From contig CP147778.1 of assembly GCA_037305845.1 (NCBI GenBank), positions 1,344,001 to 1,408,000 on the forward strand: DNA of 64,000 bases, given 5' to 3'. Position numbers and translations under genes: made by a program. This DNA comes from Candidatus Freyarchaeum deiterrae. Lineage in GTDB: Archaea > Asgardarchaeota > Jordiarchaeia > Jordiarchaeales > Jordiarchaeaceae. Position 1 is the stretch's first letter. Each line of letters opens with the position of its first letter. This document shows, one piece after another, positions 61,975 to 64,000 of this stretch. Under the pieces are notes generated by a model that was not told the origin of the DNA, made no database searches, and was given only the letters and a program-made list of their open reading frames with translations.

Positions 61975-62793
61975 ATGGTATTACCTCATCAAGAATTTCA
62001 AAAAAAACTAAAAGCTTACGAAACTTTTCAAGAAAAAATTAAGTCTAGGTCTTCTAACCTTTGGGTACTCGCTTCAGTATTCATATCTATTTCTTGGCTT
62101 ATATTTGCCCAAGGGATAGTATCCGCAGAAAGTATAGGATTATTCAAACTTTCATTGATCGCAATTGCCTCAATCTCAAGTTGCGTCCTACTGTCCGTAT
62201 ATACCTGTCACACTCACAGAAACAATAAGATGGATCAAGAAGGTCTAGAAAATATCGAAGTAGAACTAAATATGAACGTATTCGGAAATCAAGCAAACAA
62301 AATCCGTGAAAGTAAAATAACAAAAGTAGCCCATAACGCTATTTACATTCTAACAGGTATAATTTGTGCTACATGGTTTGTGTTCATTTTTGACAATTTA
62401 CTCAACCCTCCCATAGTTTCGACAATTACCCTTTCTACAAGCTATATTTTAACATCACTTCTTAATCCACAGATTCTATTCGTTTGGTCTGTAACCCAAA
62501 ACCTGTTTAATAAGCAACCTGACTTCCCAATTTTAATATTGGTATACATAGCAATGCCTATAGCTATTATTGTAGTAATAAGCGGCTTTTTTGGGTATTG
62601 TGAAAAAATAAAGAAGGAAGGAATAAAACCCACAATTTATATGTTTAAAGGAGATAACGATAAAAAAGTCTTAATCTTTGACTCGGGTGAAAATGTTTAC
62701 TGCTACTGTTATCCTTGGGATATGAACCGAGACGTTTTAGACCATCAGAAGAAAAACGAAAGGCCGGAGATATGGATAAAAAGTGATTGCTAA
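61975..62793 (+). CDS. Multi-pass membrane protein of unknown function
   Basis: Four to five hydrophobic segments and a short soluble C-terminal domain. Confidence 0.65.
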   Translation: MVLPHQEFQKKLKAYETFQEKIKSRSSNLWVLASVFISISWLIFAQGIVSAESIGLFKLSLIAIASISSCVLLSVYTCHTHRNNKMDQEGLENIEVELNMNVFGNQANKIRESKITKVAHNAIYILTGIICATWFVFIFDNLLNPPIVSTITLSTSYILTSLLNPQILFVWSVTQNLFNKQPDFPILILVYIAMPIAIIVVISGFFGYCEKIKKEGIKPTIYMFKGDNDKKVLIFDSGENVYCYCYPWDMNRDVLDHQKKNERPEIWIKSDC

Positions 62794-63047
62794 AAGCTAC
62801 TTTAGTACCCACATACTTATATCAACTAGTAATAAAATATGATTACTCTCTTTAATCTTATTTTCTATCTCCGAACATATATCGCCCTGATTTCGTTGAA
62901 AAATATCAGAGTTTTCACGATTTAAACAAAATCATTTTTGAAAAACGCTTCACTAAAAATCCAGCAACAAAAATTACACACAATTCTTAAATATCCTCTC
63001 AATGGATAACCAAACTAGTAACACATAACCCTCAAGAGCGAATACGT

Positions 63048-64000
63048 ATGGACTGGAATCAAATAGAAAAAAAATGGCAAGACAAATGGAAAGAAGCAAA
63101 AATATTCCAAGCAACCCCGCCACCAAAGAACAAAAGAAAAGGAAAACAAAAGCAAGGAGTACTATGCACATTCCCCTATCCATACATGAATTTGACTTTG
63201 CATTTGGGTCATGCTTTGACCTGTTTGCGTGTTGATATTTATGCTCGTTTTAAGCGTATGCAGGGTTTTAATGTTCTTTTTCCTTTTGCTTTTCATTATA
63301 CTGGTGAGCCTATTGTGGGTGTGGCTAAGCGTGTTGCTGAGGGTGATGAGAAGCAGATTGATATTCTGGTTAGGAGTGGTGTGCCGCGGAGTGAGATGGG
63401 TAAGTTTAAGGATCCGAAATACATCGGGGATTATTATAGGGGCGAGGCTACAGAGGCTGTTAATAGGATTGGGTTTAGTGTTGATTGGCGGCGGCAGTTT
63501 ACGACTGTTGATCCTCCTTATAACAAGTTTATAGAGTGGCAGTATTGGACTTTGCGTGATAAGGGCTATGTGGTTTTGGGTACTCATCCGGTTGTTTGGT
63601 GCCCTCGGGATCTTTCTCCTACGGGTGATCATGATCGACTGGTGGGTGAGGGTGTTTCTCCCATCGAGTATACTTTGTTGAAGTTTGAGTGTGATGGTGC
63701 TTTTCTTGTTGCTGCTACTCTGCGTCCTGAGACTGTTTTTGGTGTTACTAATATGTGGTTGAATCCGGATGCGGTTTATGTTCGTGTTAGTGTTGATGGT
63801 GAGGAGTGGATTGTTAGTGAGGCGGCGGTTCAGAAGCTGCGGGATCAGCTTCACGAGATTGAGGTTTTGGATGAATTTGAGGGACGGAAGTTTATTGGTA
63901 AGTCCTGCCGTAATGTGATAGTAGGTAATGATGTTCCTATTTTGCCAGCTTCTTTTGTTGATCCGCTTAATGCTTCGGGTGTGGTTATGAGTGTCCCTAG
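63048..64000 (+). CDS. leuS: Leucyl-tRNA synthetase, archaeal/eukaryotic type (5' part, runs off the window)
   Basis: Not in ORF track. MDWNQIEKKWQDKW...FPYPYMNLTLHLGH (HIGH motif), FHYTGEPI, DWRRQFTT, DHDR, ATLRPET. Confidence 0.97.
   Translation, partial: MDWNQIEKKWQDKWKEAKIFQATPPPKNKRKGKQKQGVLCTFPYPYMNLTLHLGHALTCLRVDIYARFKRMQGFNVLFPFAFHYTGEPIVGVAKRVAEGDEKQIDILVRSGVPRSEMGKFKDPKYIGDYYRGEATEAVNRIGFSVDWRRQFTTVDPPYNKFIEWQYWTLRDKGYVVLGTHPVVWCPRDLSPTGDHDRLVGEGVSPIEYTLLKFECDGAFLVAATLRPETVFGVTNMWLNPDAVYVRVSVDGEEWIVSEAAVQKLRDQLHEIEVLDEFEGRKFIGKSCRNVIVGNDVPILPASFVDPLNASGVVMSVP

Larger units (their letters stand above)
54200..62900. mobile_element. AT-rich accessory / putative defence island adjacent to leuS
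   Basis: Visibly lower GC, only non-housekeeping ORFs (NERD nuclease, PLD-like, winged-helix and membrane proteins), internal decayed copy of the leuS 5' region; no integrase seen. Confidence 0.65.

Noticed and set aside
54000-63000. Integron-like attC cassette array in the AT-rich island
   Set aside because: No recurring attC-like palindromes between ORFs and no integrase
63162-63854. 230-aa minus-strand ORF and 101-aa + strand ORF
   Set aside because: Shadow frames of leuS

Overview
Archaeal chromosomal window, very probably from an Asgard archaeon. This is an inference from a two-domain gelsolin, alpha-SNAP-like and PCI-like helical proteins, an archaeal rpl15e/RNase P operon and an archaeal-type LeuRS; the class cannot be fixed from sequence alone. 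Contents in order: the 5' end of a HisS/HisZ-family gene that lacks an in-frame canonical start; a solo TnpB element; a PadR-cdc48 pair next to four SNAP/TPR-like genes; a LysW-type arginine biosynthesis cluster with an atypical ArgF'-type carbamoyltransferase; larEBC; serA, rpl15e and RNase P genes; JAMM protease and thioredoxin; a radical SAM gene coupled to a degenerate acyl-CoA synthetase; a degenerate VirB4/HerA-like ATPase; a GC-richer three-gene cassette encoding a 1203-aa repetitive beta-solenoid membrane protein; gelsolin; glycerol kinase-glpABC; acyl-CoA dehydrogenase; an AT-rich island (about 54.2-62.9 kb); and the 5' part of leuS. The island encodes a NERD nuclease and four related winged-helix proteins, two of them fused to an HDR-type PLD-like domain, and its right part is bracketed by a decayed duplicate of the leuS 5' region. 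Best candidates for undescribed biology: the winged-helix/PLD module, the SNAP-like cluster beside Cdc48, a possible LysW-ornithine carbamoyltransferase, and sharp amino-to-keto strand-skew flips inside cdc48 and leuS. All calls come from motif recognition by eye; no database searches were run.
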